This document shows positions 1 through 9,319 of a DNA stretch of 64,000 nucleotides, piece by piece. The notes beneath the pieces are model-generated. The model saw only the letters and a list, made by a program, of their open reading frames with translations, was not told the origin of the DNA and made no database searches. This stretch comes from an uncultured Candidatus Saccharibacteria bacterium (GTDB taxonomy: Bacteria; Patescibacteriota; Minisyncoccia; Phycocordibacterales; CAIRYW01), in NCBI GenBank assembly GCA_964487135.1, contig CAZAOU010000002.1, forward strand, positions 934-64,933, read 5' to 3'. The translations under genes were made by a program, and so were the position numbers. Every line of letters starts with the position of its first letter. Positions within the stretch are counted from its first letter, which is position 1.

Positions 1-138
1 CCGAACAATGATCAAAAAAGATTTTTATACTGAGCAATCTGAGAAAAGTGTTGACGAAACGGAAGAATCTCCAGTCCAGTCTGAATAATTCTTTAAATTA
101 AATAAGTAAAATCTAAAATCTTTTGGGTGTGTTTTGTG

Positions 139-168
139 TTGACAATATAGTAATTATTGTGGCATAAT
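139..168 (+). promoter_or_regulatory. sigma70-like promoter (TTGACA-18bp-tgnCATAAT) upstream of 179..769 ORF
   Basis: TTGACA at 139-144, extended -10 'tgg CATAAT' at 160-168, ~10 nt before ATG at 179. Confidence 0.3.
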
Positions 169-178
169 CAGGAAGATT

Positions 179-769
179 ATGGACTTTGTCATGCCGATCT
201 GTGCAGTCATTATCGGGATAATGGCTGACAGACTTTACTTTCTGGAACTAGACAAAAAAACGGGACACCACAGACCAAACAGATGGTCATGGCTCATTTG
301 GTGTCTCACTTCCTATGTAGAGGTGGCCACCTTCAAAGGAATCTCGGCCGACTGGCTTAAGGTTATTCCTCTGGCAACAACCCCAATTGCCTGCACAATC
401 CTCTTTTGGAAAGTGTGGAAAATGAGAGAGGACAAGTGGGAAAGCCGGCTAGACAGGTTGATCGACATTTGCTCGGTCACCGCCTCCATCTCGGCAATCG
501 TGATTTGGGTGTGTTTCCAAGAGAAACTCTGGGCACACATTATCATGATTGTAGCCGTGCCAGTAAGCTACATCCCGACTTGGCGAAGTATTCCCAAAGA
601 AACTCACTCGGGTTGGGAGAGGTCGTGGATGTTGTGGACGATTATGGATGCATTAAACCTCGTCCTAAACATTCACCGCCTCAATAGCTTGGCTGAATTG
701 CCCTATGTCACGACAGAACTTATCTGTCATGGCAGTGTCTGGTTCTTAATATCCCGTCGTAGCACATGA
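179..769 (+). CDS. hypothetical polytopic membrane protein (Trp-rich), GC-rich relative to surroundings
   Basis: 196-aa ORF with several hydrophobic helices; locally elevated GC; no recognisable family motif. Confidence 0.45.
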   Translation: MDFVMPICAVIIGIMADRLYFLELDKKTGHHRPNRWSWLIWCLTSYVEVATFKGISADWLKVIPLATTPIACTILFWKVWKMREDKWESRLDRLIDICSVTASISAIVIWVCFQEKLWAHIIMIVAVPVSYIPTWRSIPKETHSGWERSWMLWTIMDALNLVLNIHRLNSLAELPYVTTELICHGSVWFLISRRST

Positions 770-870
770 AGATCCTTAAGTGGAACACTGGTGTGCTAAT
801 TTTATTTTACAAATTATAGAGTATAATTCTATACTATATAAAGATTGAAAAATAATCTTATTAAATAATT

Positions 871-1713
871 ATGGATGAAACTTTCAGCTCAATTGATCTT
901 GTAACCCAATGTCTTTTAGACAAAAAGAGGACAGAAAAATTTGATAAAGCTATCAAAAAAATAATAAAACCTGATAGTATTGTTTTAGATGTTGGTACAG
1001 GGTCAGGAATACTTGCCTTACTTGCTGCTCGTGCAGGCGCTAAAAAAATCTACTCAATTGAAATTGATCCTTATGTTGCGCAATTAGCACAACAAAACAT
1101 TATAAATAATGGTTACAACAACATTATTGATGTAATTTTAGGTGATGCTCGAAACATAGATCTACCAGAAGAAGTAACACATATAGATGTTGTAATAATG
1201 GAAATGCTTACGACCGGGATGATTGACGAATTTCAAATATGGGCAATTAATAACCTTCATCAAAAAAAATATATAAACAAAGAAACAATATTTATACCTT
1301 TTAAACAAGACACATATATATCACTGTCAAACACTGATTACAATGACTATGGACTTAACATGAGAATGGTTAAACACTTCTGGGATTCCATGTTTAAACC
1401 TAAAGTTAAATTTCTATCAGAAAAATATTTACTTAATTCAATACCCTTTAATAAACAAAGCAAAATAGATTTTTGCTTTGAGCAAATTATAGATGTCAAA
1501 AAAACGGGTGTTGTTAACAGTGTTTATTTTACAAGCATATCACTTTTAGATGATCATATTTCTATAGGGGATACTTCAGCACTAAACGGACCTGTTTCTT
1601 TTCCGCTAGAATATGATGTGTTAGTAAAAAAGGGTGAAAAAGTTAGACTTATTGTTAATTATAAATTTGGAGGGGGATTTAGAAATATGAAAGTATCATT
1701 AAATAAAATTTAA
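871..1713 (+). CDS. class I SAM-dependent methyltransferase, protein arginine N-methyltransferase (PRMT)-like
   Basis: Motif I 'VLDVGTGSGILALLAARAGAKKIYSIE' closely matches the PRMT1 motif I and post-I region. 'VDVVIMEMLTTGMIDEFQ' matches the PRMT double-E loop. 'IFIPFKQDTYIS' matches the PRMT beta-barrel start. Confidence 0.7.
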   Translation: MDETFSSIDLVTQCLLDKKRTEKFDKAIKKIIKPDSIVLDVGTGSGILALLAARAGAKKIYSIEIDPYVAQLAQQNIINNGYNNIIDVILGDARNIDLPEEVTHIDVVIMEMLTTGMIDEFQIWAINNLHQKKYINKETIFIPFKQDTYISLSNTDYNDYGLNMRMVKHFWDSMFKPKVKFLSEKYLLNSIPFNKQSKIDFCFEQIIDVKKTGVVNSVYFTSISLLDDHISIGDTSALNGPVSFPLEYDVLVKKGEKVRLIVNYKFGGGFRNMKVSLNKI

Positions 1714-1718
1714 ATTAT

Positions 1719-3416
1719 ATGGAATTATTGTGTCCTTGGGAACCGGCTAAATTTTTTATTTTTTCTAGCAATGTTCCAAAACTTTTATATTATTCTCATT
1801 TTATTGCAATCTTGGCTGCGCTAATATTCTCTTTAATTTTGTTTAGTAAGAGAAAGGATTCTTTAGTTATAAAAATATTTTTATTTAATGTAACCGCTTT
1901 TATAGCTTGGTCTGTAATAGATGTTTTATTATGGGCAAGTAATAGAGCTGATTTGGTGCTATTTTATTGGAACTTACAATTACTCCTTGAAACTTTTATA
2001 TACTCTAGTGCGTTATATTTTTCTTATATATTTATAAGAAAAAAAGATCTTAATACGCCATCAAAAATATATGTAGTGTTATCAATGCTTCCAATAATTT
2101 TGCTATTACCAACAAACTTACTTCTTCCAGGTATAGATATTTCATACTGTGATGCGATAGAATCAAAATTCTTAATTTATTATATATATACTTATGAAAT
2201 TATTCTTAGTTTATTTGTTGTCTTCTTTGCCATAAGACAGATTTATAAATCACCTGAAAGAAGGAAAGAAATTATTTTATTTGCAATAGGAATAATAATA
2301 TATTTAATAACTTTCTCATCAGGAAATATAATAGGTTCATTTACTGAGGACTGGGTATTGGCACAAGTGGGATTATTTGGAATGCCAATATTTATAGCTT
2401 TTCTTACTTACAGTATTGTGAAATTTAATTTATTCAACATAAAGCTAATTAGTAGTCAAGCTCTCGTGGGAACAATATGGCTACTTACACTAGCCATATT
2501 GTTCGTAAGAAAAATTGAAAATGTAAGAGTTATTGTCGTTTTCACATTATGTTTATTTACAGTGCTTGGGTATCAACTTATTAAAAGTGTGAAAAGGGAA
2601 ATTGAAATTAGAGAAAAAATTGAAAAACTAGCTCTTGATCTTAAATCAGCAAATACAAAACTCGAAGAACTAAATCAACAAAAAACAGAATTTATTTCTT
2701 TCGCATCACACCAGCTTCGCGGACCACTTACTTCAATCAAGGGATATGCCTCACTTATTCTTGAAGGAGATTTCGGAAAACTAACAGATGATATAAAAGG
2801 AGCGGTTAATACGATATATCAGTCAACTCAGTCACTTGTAACAATTGTGGGAGATTATCTTGATGTATCACGAATAGAACTCGGCAGAATGAAATATGAT
2901 TTCAAAAAATTTGATTTTAGAAATTTGGTAAAAACCGTTGTAACAGAATTTGAACCTAATATTAAAAATTCCACTCTTTCTTTTGATTTTAAAGATTCCC
3001 CTGGACACACTTTAGTTTATGGTGATGAAGGAAAAATAAAACAAGTTATTTCAAATCTTATTGATAACTCAATGAAATATACAAAAAAAGGAGGGCTTAC
3101 CGTTGAGCTTATTCCTATGAATAATAAAGTGAGATTTGTGGTGTCTGATACTGGGGTGGGAATAAGTCCAGAAGTAATGCCTAATCTTTTTGAAAAATTT
3201 TCTCGTGCACCAGATGCTTCAAAAACCAATATACTAGGAACTGGTCTCGGTTTGTTTGTAGCTAAAAAAATGATCGAAGCTCATAAAGGAAAAATTTGGG
3301 CGGAATCAGAAGGAAAAGATAAGGGTTCTAAATTTATTATAGAGCTAGACACAACAGAAGTAGATACTGTTGATAAAATACCTGAATCAGCAAAAAATTT
3401 CGCAAAAGATTTGTAG
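1719..3416 (+). CDS. membrane-bound sensor histidine kinase (multi-TM N-terminal sensor, HisKA + HATPase_c)
   Basis: ~7 predicted TM helices; H-box 'FASHQLRGPLTSIKGY'; N-box/G-boxes 'NLIDNSMKYT','DTGVGIS','GTGLGLFVAKKMIEAHKG'; no response regulator adjacent. Confidence 0.8.
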   Translation: MELLCPWEPAKFFIFSSNVPKLLYYSHFIAILAALIFSLILFSKRKDSLVIKIFLFNVTAFIAWSVIDVLLWASNRADLVLFYWNLQLLLETFIYSSALYFSYIFIRKKDLNTPSKIYVVLSMLPIILLLPTNLLLPGIDISYCDAIESKFLIYYIYTYEIILSLFVVFFAIRQIYKSPERRKEIILFAIGIIIYLITFSSGNIIGSFTEDWVLAQVGLFGMPIFIAFLTYSIVKFNLFNIKLISSQALVGTIWLLTLAILFVRKIENVRVIVVFTLCLFTVLGYQLIKSVKREIEIREKIEKLALDLKSANTKLEELNQQKTEFISFASHQLRGPLTSIKGYASLILEGDFGKLTDDIKGAVNTIYQSTQSLVTIVGDYLDVSRIELGRMKYDFKKFDFRNLVKTVVTEFEPNIKNSTLSFDFKDSPGHTLVYGDEGKIKQVISNLIDNSMKYTKKGGLTVELIPMNNKVRFVVSDTGVGISPEVMPNLFEKFSRAPDASKTNILGTGLGLFVAKKMIEAHKGKIWAESEGKDKGSKFIIELDTTEVDTVDKIPESAKNFAKDL

Positions 3417-3439
3417 ACTTGGTATAATTCAACAACAAG

Positions 3440-4159
3440 ATGCTTGCTTCTTATGTACATTTTTTTGGTAGTGCAATTTTTTTCTTCTTATTTTTGCTGT
3501 TTCTACATATATACCGATCAAAACATAACCTATATATATTTTTTTACTCAATAACATTTCTTTTTCTGTTTCTCTTTACCTTTGCAAGTTCAGTTCCGAT
3601 AATAATTTATGGTGGTAATAATATTTCCGCTTGGGCAAATGTTGGAGCAAATATTTTTGTATTTTGTTTAATTGCGACCTGCTTAAGAGTTCAGCTGGCA
3701 GTTCAAGATCCATTTTTAATCAAAAATATTAAAAAATTAGATATTATTCTTTTATTAGTAGCTCTCGTATCTACAACAATTCAAATAATGCATTTACAGA
3801 ATCCTGAGGTAAGCCCCAAAGGAGTTGTTTGGCATTTAAATCCGATATCAGGATGGATAATAACAATAACTGCGTTCTGTTACGGAATATACTGGAGTTA
3901 TTTTTTTGGAAAAATTGCACGCCTTTTAAAAGATACGAGATTAAAAATAAATATGTGGATTCTTTCTGTAAACGGTGTGGTGCAGGGTAGTTCGGCATTA
4001 TTCTTTTTTGTAATGGAATCTCCACAAAAACAACTTTTTGGCTTAATACTACTCTGCGGAAGTGGTCTAATAAGTCTTATATTATTTCTTATCCCTGAAA
4101 TTATTTTTCACATAAAACTATCTAGGGATAATAGAAAAATGGTAGGGGTGTCTACTTAA
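3440..4159 (+). CDS. hypothetical integral membrane protein
   Basis: 239-aa ORF, highly hydrophobic with ~6 helices. Confidence 0.45.
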   Translation: MLASYVHFFGSAIFFFLFLLFLHIYRSKHNLYIFFYSITFLFLFLFTFASSVPIIIYGGNNISAWANVGANIFVFCLIATCLRVQLAVQDPFLIKNIKKLDIILLLVALVSTTIQIMHLQNPEVSPKGVVWHLNPISGWIITITAFCYGIYWSYFFGKIARLLKDTRLKINMWILSVNGVVQGSSALFFFVMESPQKQLFGLILLCGSGLISLILFLIPEIIFHIKLSRDNRKMVGVST

Positions 4160-4207
4160 TACCACCAATCATTTCTCTGGTAAAATAGGTATATTTTTGA
4201 TACTATT

Positions 4208-5161
4208 TTGCCTATGAAAAAAAAGCTTTTAAGCGGAATTAAACCGACCGGCAGAACCCATATAGGTAATTATTTTGGTGCTATAAAGCAGTGGCTTAAA
4301 ATGATGGATTCGGGAGAGTTTGACTGCACATGCATGATTGCAGACTATCACACCCTCAATTTTGTTCACAATAAGGACGAAATGAAAAATCTGACCCGCG
4401 ATATGGTATTAGACTATCTCGCTGTCGGTCTTGATCCTAAAAAAGTTACAATTTTTAAACAGTCAGACGTTTCGGCTCATACAGAACTTACATGGATTTT
4501 TGACACACTTGTTACTGTTCCATATCTAATGAGAGCTCACGCATATAAAGACGCGGAAGCAAAAGAAAAAGAAATTTCTGCGGGAACATTTAATTACCCA
4601 GTTTTAATGGCGTCTGACATTCTTCTTTACGACACAGACATCGTTCCTGTTGGAGCTGATCAAAAACAGCACATAGAGTATGCTCGAGATATTGCACAAA
4701 AATTTAATACTACTTTTGGAGAAACATTTAAACTTCCAAAAGAACTTATTATTCCTGAGGTTGCGATTGTTCCAGGAATTGATGGCAGAAAAATGAGTAA
4801 AAGCTATAGCAATACAATTCCACTTTTTGCAACAAAAGAAGAAATAACCAATGCTGTGATGGCTATTGTAACAGATTCAGGAAGTGATATTCCAACAAAT
4901 GTATACACGATTCATTCACTTATAAAAGATAAAAGTGCTCTAGATTCTATTTATAATGAAAATAAAGGTAAGTATAAAATTCTTAAAGATATGTTAATTG
5001 AAGACTTAGATGCTTTTATAAAACCAATGAGAGATAGAAGGAGTGAGTTTGAAAAAGATTCAGAAATTGTAGACAAGGTTTTAGAAGAAGGAAAATCCAA
5101 GGCAAATGAAATTGCAAACGCGACACTTACAAAAGCAAAACAAGCAATAGGGGTAATATAA
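4208..5161 (+). CDS. trpS: tryptophanyl-tRNA synthetase
   Basis: Class I HIGH-like 'TGRTHIGNY' and 'KMSKS' present ('GRKMSKSYSN'); length 317 aa typical of TrpRS. Confidence 0.9.
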   Translation: MPMKKKLLSGIKPTGRTHIGNYFGAIKQWLKMMDSGEFDCTCMIADYHTLNFVHNKDEMKNLTRDMVLDYLAVGLDPKKVTIFKQSDVSAHTELTWIFDTLVTVPYLMRAHAYKDAEAKEKEISAGTFNYPVLMASDILLYDTDIVPVGADQKQHIEYARDIAQKFNTTFGETFKLPKELIIPEVAIVPGIDGRKMSKSYSNTIPLFATKEEITNAVMAIVTDSGSDIPTNVYTIHSLIKDKSALDSIYNENKGKYKILKDMLIEDLDAFIKPMRDRRSEFEKDSEIVDKVLEEGKSKANEIANATLTKAKQAIGVI

Positions 5162-5165
5162 AAAC

Positions 5166-6494
5166 ATGGAAAGAACATACATCGGAAATTTAAAAGAAAA
5201 GATTGGACAGGAGGTGTTGGTGAAGGGTTGGGTTGATACAAGGCGCGATCAAGGAAAACTTATTTTCTTTGATTTTAGAGACATGACTGGCTTTGTACAA
5301 GGAGTGATTTTACCGAACACAACAGAAGCTCACGCTGTTGGTGAAAAAGTCCGTCCAGAATGGGTTGTTGAAGTAAAGGGAAAAGTAAACAAGCGCCCAG
5401 AAAAAAATGTTTCTGCTGATAAACAGAATGGAACAATCGAGTTAGAAATTCTTTCTATGGAAGTTCTAAACGAAGCAGAAACACCTTTTGAATTGGGTAG
5501 CGAGCTTAATCTAGATACATATTTAGATTATCTGCCATATACTTTGAGGACCCAAAAAGCGAAAGATATCTTTACAATGCAAGCATCAATTGTTGATGCT
5601 TATAGGCAATCTCTTATTAAACAAAATTTTACAGAGTTTATGGCACCAGCCATAGTTGGAGGTGATGCAGAAGGAGGAGCTGCAGCTTTTAAAGTTGAAT
5701 ATTTTAAGGATAAAACAGCTTTTTTGGCTACGAGCCCTCAATTCTACAAACAAATAATGGTAGGTCCTTTTGAAAGAGCTTTTACTGTTGCAAAAATATT
5801 TAGAGCTGAAAAAAGCGCTACAACAAGGCATATAAGTGAGGCGGTCTGTGTCGATTTTGAAATGGGATTTATAAAAGACGAAAAAGAACCAATGCAAGTT
5901 TTAGAAAATTGCATTAGAGATGTTGTAAAATCGGTTTCTGAAAAAAATCAAGATATTTTTAAAAGATTTAACGTAGAAGTTCCAAAAATACCAGAAAAAA
6001 TTCCTGTATTTACATTGACCGAAGCTCAGGAAACAATAAAAAAAGAATTTGGTAGAAATATAGAAGACATAAACGACATGTCACCAGAAGATGAGAGACA
6101 AATTTGTGAATATTCCAAAAAAACTTATGATTCTGATTTTGTTTTCATAACTCGGTTTCCAACAAAAAAACGAGCATTTTATACTTACGAAGATGCTAAT
6201 GAGGCTCCTTTTTCGCGTGGATTCGATCTTTTGTTTAGAGGCCTAGAAATAAACAGTGGTGCTCAACGTATACATAATTATGACTCATTGGTTGCAAGGA
6301 TGGTTGAAAGGGGACTAGATCCTCAGAAATTTTCTTTTTATCTCCAAGCTTTTAAATATGGAATGCCTCCTCATGGGGGATCCTCAACTGGTTTAGAGAG
6401 ATTTACTGCGCGAATGTTACAACTTTCTAACATAAAAGAGGCAACATCATTTCCAAGAGATATGTCGCGAATTGACAATCCTCTTTCAAATTAG
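5166..6494 (+). CDS. class IIb aspartyl/asparaginyl-tRNA synthetase (AsnRS or archaeal-type non-discriminating AspRS)
   Basis: N-terminal OB anticodon-binding region; motif 2 'FRAEKSATTRHISE'; motif 3 'GGSSTGLERFTARM'; 442 aa. Confidence 0.85.
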   Translation: MERTYIGNLKEKIGQEVLVKGWVDTRRDQGKLIFFDFRDMTGFVQGVILPNTTEAHAVGEKVRPEWVVEVKGKVNKRPEKNVSADKQNGTIELEILSMEVLNEAETPFELGSELNLDTYLDYLPYTLRTQKAKDIFTMQASIVDAYRQSLIKQNFTEFMAPAIVGGDAEGGAAAFKVEYFKDKTAFLATSPQFYKQIMVGPFERAFTVAKIFRAEKSATTRHISEAVCVDFEMGFIKDEKEPMQVLENCIRDVVKSVSEKNQDIFKRFNVEVPKIPEKIPVFTLTEAQETIKKEFGRNIEDINDMSPEDERQICEYSKKTYDSDFVFITRFPTKKRAFYTYEDANEAPFSRGFDLLFRGLEINSGAQRIHNYDSLVARMVERGLDPQKFSFYLQAFKYGMPPHGGSSTGLERFTARMLQLSNIKEATSFPRDMSRIDNPLSN

Positions 6495-6529
6495 AGGATT
6501 TGTAATATTTTAATTTTTGTTGTATAAAT

Positions 6530-6785
6530 TGGTTCAAACAAGCCAATGAATGCACAAAAAGAAACGTCCAAACCACGCAGACACATCCCGACCTGGCGCA
6601 TCGAAAAAGATGCCCAAACAGCACGCAGTGCACACCAACACACCTATGACCCCAAAGTTGCCGGCACAGCAATTTCCTGGTCTGGCGTGGCGAACTCCGG
6701 GATTAAGCGCTGAAGAAAGGCGCAAACTCGGTCTTGGACCTTAGTAAGGAGGATGGCAGACGGCCACCTCTATTTTTTATGCTCA
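6530..6785 (+). ncRNA. GC-rich (~55%) intergenic segment, candidate structured RNA ending in an intrinsic terminator; identity unknown
   Basis: Sharp GC jump between aspS/asnS and scpA. Hairpin 'gcgc-tgaagaaag-gcgc'. 3' hairpin 'gaggatggc-agacg-gccacctc' followed by TATTTTTT at ~6745-6780. The 64-aa ORF here has no protein-like features. Confidence 0.2.
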
Positions 6786-6806
6786 AAATGCTAGAATAAT
6801 TAATAC

Positions 6807-7538
6807 ATGCAAGATTTCAAAATAAAAACTGAGCAATTTGAAGGACCACTCGACTTGCTTTTAAGTCTTATAGAAAAACGAAAACTTCTCATCAATGAGA
6901 TTTCTCTTAACCAAGTAACTGATGACTATATAGAACACATAAAATCTATATCAGAATACTCACTCAAAAATAGAGCTGACTTTATTGCTGTTGCCTCAAC
7001 CTTAATTCTTATAAAATCTCGCTCACTTCTTCCAAACCTTTCTCTTACCGACGAAGAAGAACAAAGCGTTCAAGATCTAGAAGAGCGTCTAAAAATTTAT
7101 AAAAAAATCAAAGAATTATCTTCCCATGTTGAAAAAAAATTTGGAAAAAATTCAATATATTTTGCGGAAGAATCAAAAATAATAAATCCTGTATTTTCGC
7201 CACATGAATCTATAAAAACCAGTATTCTAAAAGATGCTTTGTATGGGCTGTTAGCAAGAATTCCTATTCCACAAAAGAAAAAAGAAGTGATTATTAAAAA
7301 AGTTATTTCGATGGAAGAGATGATAGAAAATTTAACAACAAGAATTCAAGGTGCTCTTAAAATGTCTTTTAAAAAATTCAGTGGGGCAGGAGAAGAAAAA
7401 ACAGAAAAAGTAAATGTTATTGTGAGTTTCTTGGCACTATTAGAACTTGTAAAACAAGGAATTTTAGACGCAAAACAAGATACTCATTTTGATGATATTG
7501 AGATGGAAACAGTAAGCGTTGGAGTGCCTAGATATTAA
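6807..7538 (+). CDS. scpA: segregation and condensation protein A
   Basis: N-terminal 'FEGPLDLLLSLIEKRKLLINEISLNQVTDDYIEHI' matches the ScpA signature. Confidence 0.8.
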   Translation: MQDFKIKTEQFEGPLDLLLSLIEKRKLLINEISLNQVTDDYIEHIKSISEYSLKNRADFIAVASTLILIKSRSLLPNLSLTDEEEQSVQDLEERLKIYKKIKELSSHVEKKFGKNSIYFAEESKIINPVFSPHESIKTSILKDALYGLLARIPIPQKKKEVIIKKVISMEEMIENLTTRIQGALKMSFKKFSGAGEEKTEKVNVIVSFLALLELVKQGILDAKQDTHFDDIEMETVSVGVPRY

Positions 7539-7695
7539 GGGACGCTTCAGAAAATACAGTCCCAAAATGCACAAAAATTTATTGCTATAAATTTTCTCTG
7601 TCCGGTGTCGCCACACCTACCAAGGCATTTTAAGACTATATTTTCTTCCTCTTTTAAGTTTAAAGCCCTTTTTAATAAGTCAAAAAAGGGTTAAA

Positions 7696-8253
7696 ATGGA
7701 GGTTATGCAAGAATTAGATAAACGTATCGAAGCAATCCTTTTTTTTGAAAACCAACCCGTAAGTATTAAAAAACTTTCCACACTATTTAAAGTATCTTCT
7801 GACGATATAAAGAATTCTTTAGAGATACTAAACGACCGTCTTCAAGGTGGAATTGTTCTTATACAAAAAGACGACGAGGTAATGCTTGGCACATCACCTG
7901 AAGTTTCAGAAATAATAGAATCAATAAAAAAAGAAGAGTTATCTAAAGAACTTTCTAAGGCAGCTCTGGAAACCTTAACCATAATTATCTACAAAGGACC
8001 ACTGCGAAGAAGTGAGATTGATTTTATACGAGGAGTAAATTCTCAATTTATAATACGAAATCTAGAAATGAGAGGTCTTGTTGAAAGAATCACTGATCCA
8101 AAAGATGAAAGGGCGAGCTTGTATAGACCGTCTTTTGAACTTCTTTCATTTTTAGGAATAAAAAATATTGAGGACATGCCCGAGTTTGATGTTTTAAAGA
8201 AAAAAGTTGAGGACTTAGAGGAGTCTCTTAAACAAACCGAAGAAAATCAATGA
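7696..8253 (+). CDS. scpB: segregation and condensation protein B
   Basis: 'EAILFFENQPVSIKKLS' and second wHTH 'LETLTIIIYKGPLRRSEIDFIRGV'; SD GGAGG upstream. Confidence 0.8.
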   Translation: MEVMQELDKRIEAILFFENQPVSIKKLSTLFKVSSDDIKNSLEILNDRLQGGIVLIQKDDEVMLGTSPEVSEIIESIKKEELSKELSKAALETLTIIIYKGPLRRSEIDFIRGVNSQFIIRNLEMRGLVERITDPKDERASLYRPSFELLSFLGIKNIEDMPEFDVLKKKVEDLEESLKQTEENQ

Positions 8254-9305
8254 TTATAAATATAATAAAAATTTTTTTTCCAACAGCGGTAGCATTTTTT
8301 GTGGGTATTGGAATAACACCTTTTATAACAAACAAATTATACAAATATAAGGCTTGGAAAAAACAGGCTGGAAAGATTGATTCTTTAGGTAATACTGCCG
8401 AAACTTTTAATAAACTTCATCAAAACAAGGAAGTTGGAACACCTAGACTTGGTGGAATTATTATTTGGGCAAGCACACTCATAACAGCGGTGGGATTCTG
8501 GATTGTTTCAAAATTTTTTCCTGATGCTTTTTCAAAATTTGATTTTATATCCAGAAATCAAACATGGATACCTTTGGTAACACTTTTAGTTGGAGCATTT
8601 GTTGGTGCTATAGATGATTTTTTGGAAATAAAAAGAGGAAATGGAGGTTTACCACTTTGGCAACGACTTCTAACTGTCACCGTAGTTGGGATACTTGCAG
8701 GATTTTGGTTTTACGAAAAACTAGACGTTGTTAGTGTAGGACTTCCTTTTGGTGGAGAAATATTTGTTGGAGCCCTAATTATCCCAATTGTTGCATTGGT
8801 AATGCTGTTTATTTATTCTGGTGGAGTAATAGATGGAATTGATGGTCTATCAGGAGGAGTATTTGCTGTTATATTTGTTGCTTATGCTGGAATTGCATTT
8901 TCTCTCAATCAAATAAACTTGGCTGCGCTATCTGCCGTAATAGGTGGATCAATTCTCGCATTTTTATGGTTCAATATTCCACCTGCAAGATTTTACATGA
9001 CAGAAACTGGCTCAATGGCCTTAACGATGGCACTTACAATAATTGCATTTATGACAGATACCATTGGGGGTGGTTATGGTCTCATTTGTCTTCCTATCGT
9101 TGCATTTCCGCTTGTTATAACAACAATTTCTGACATCATACAAATTGCTTCAAAAAAAATTCGAGGTAAAAAAGTATTTTTGGTAGCACCTCTTCATCAC
9201 CATTTTGAAGCTCTTGGATGGTCACGAGAAAAAATAACGATGCGATACTGGATACTGTCTGTAATTTTTGGAATTATTGGTCTTTGTTTTGCGCTTATTA
9301 GATAA
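8250..9305 (+). CDS. mraY: phospho-N-acetylmuramoyl-pentapeptide transferase
   Basis: 10-TM protein; 'GGVIDGIDGLSGG' (NxxDGxDGL motif), 'PRLGGIII'; start overlaps scpB stop. Confidence 0.9.
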   Translation: MIINIIKIFFPTAVAFFVGIGITPFITNKLYKYKAWKKQAGKIDSLGNTAETFNKLHQNKEVGTPRLGGIIIWASTLITAVGFWIVSKFFPDAFSKFDFISRNQTWIPLVTLLVGAFVGAIDDFLEIKRGNGGLPLWQRLLTVTVVGILAGFWFYEKLDVVSVGLPFGGEIFVGALIIPIVALVMLFIYSGGVIDGIDGLSGGVFAVIFVAYAGIAFSLNQINLAALSAVIGGSILAFLWFNIPPARFYMTETGSMALTMALTIIAFMTDTIGGGYGLICLPIVAFPLVITTISDIIQIASKKIRGKKVFLVAPLHHHFEALGWSREKITMRYWILSVIFGIIGLCFALIR

Positions 9306-9319
9306 ATTTTAAGAGGTAA

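Noticed and set aside
5166-6494. Assigning the class IIb synthetase specifically as AsnRS or AspRS
   Set aside because: The motif 2/3 sequences visible here do not discriminate the two without an alignment of the anticodon-binding and flipping-loop residues.
6550-6744. 64-aa ORF (and antisense 63/81-aa ORFs) in the GC-rich block as protein-coding
   Set aside because: Low-complexity Pro/Ala/Lys/His composition, no RBS and no homolog-like motifs. The GC spike with terminator fits an RNA or a decayed fragment better.
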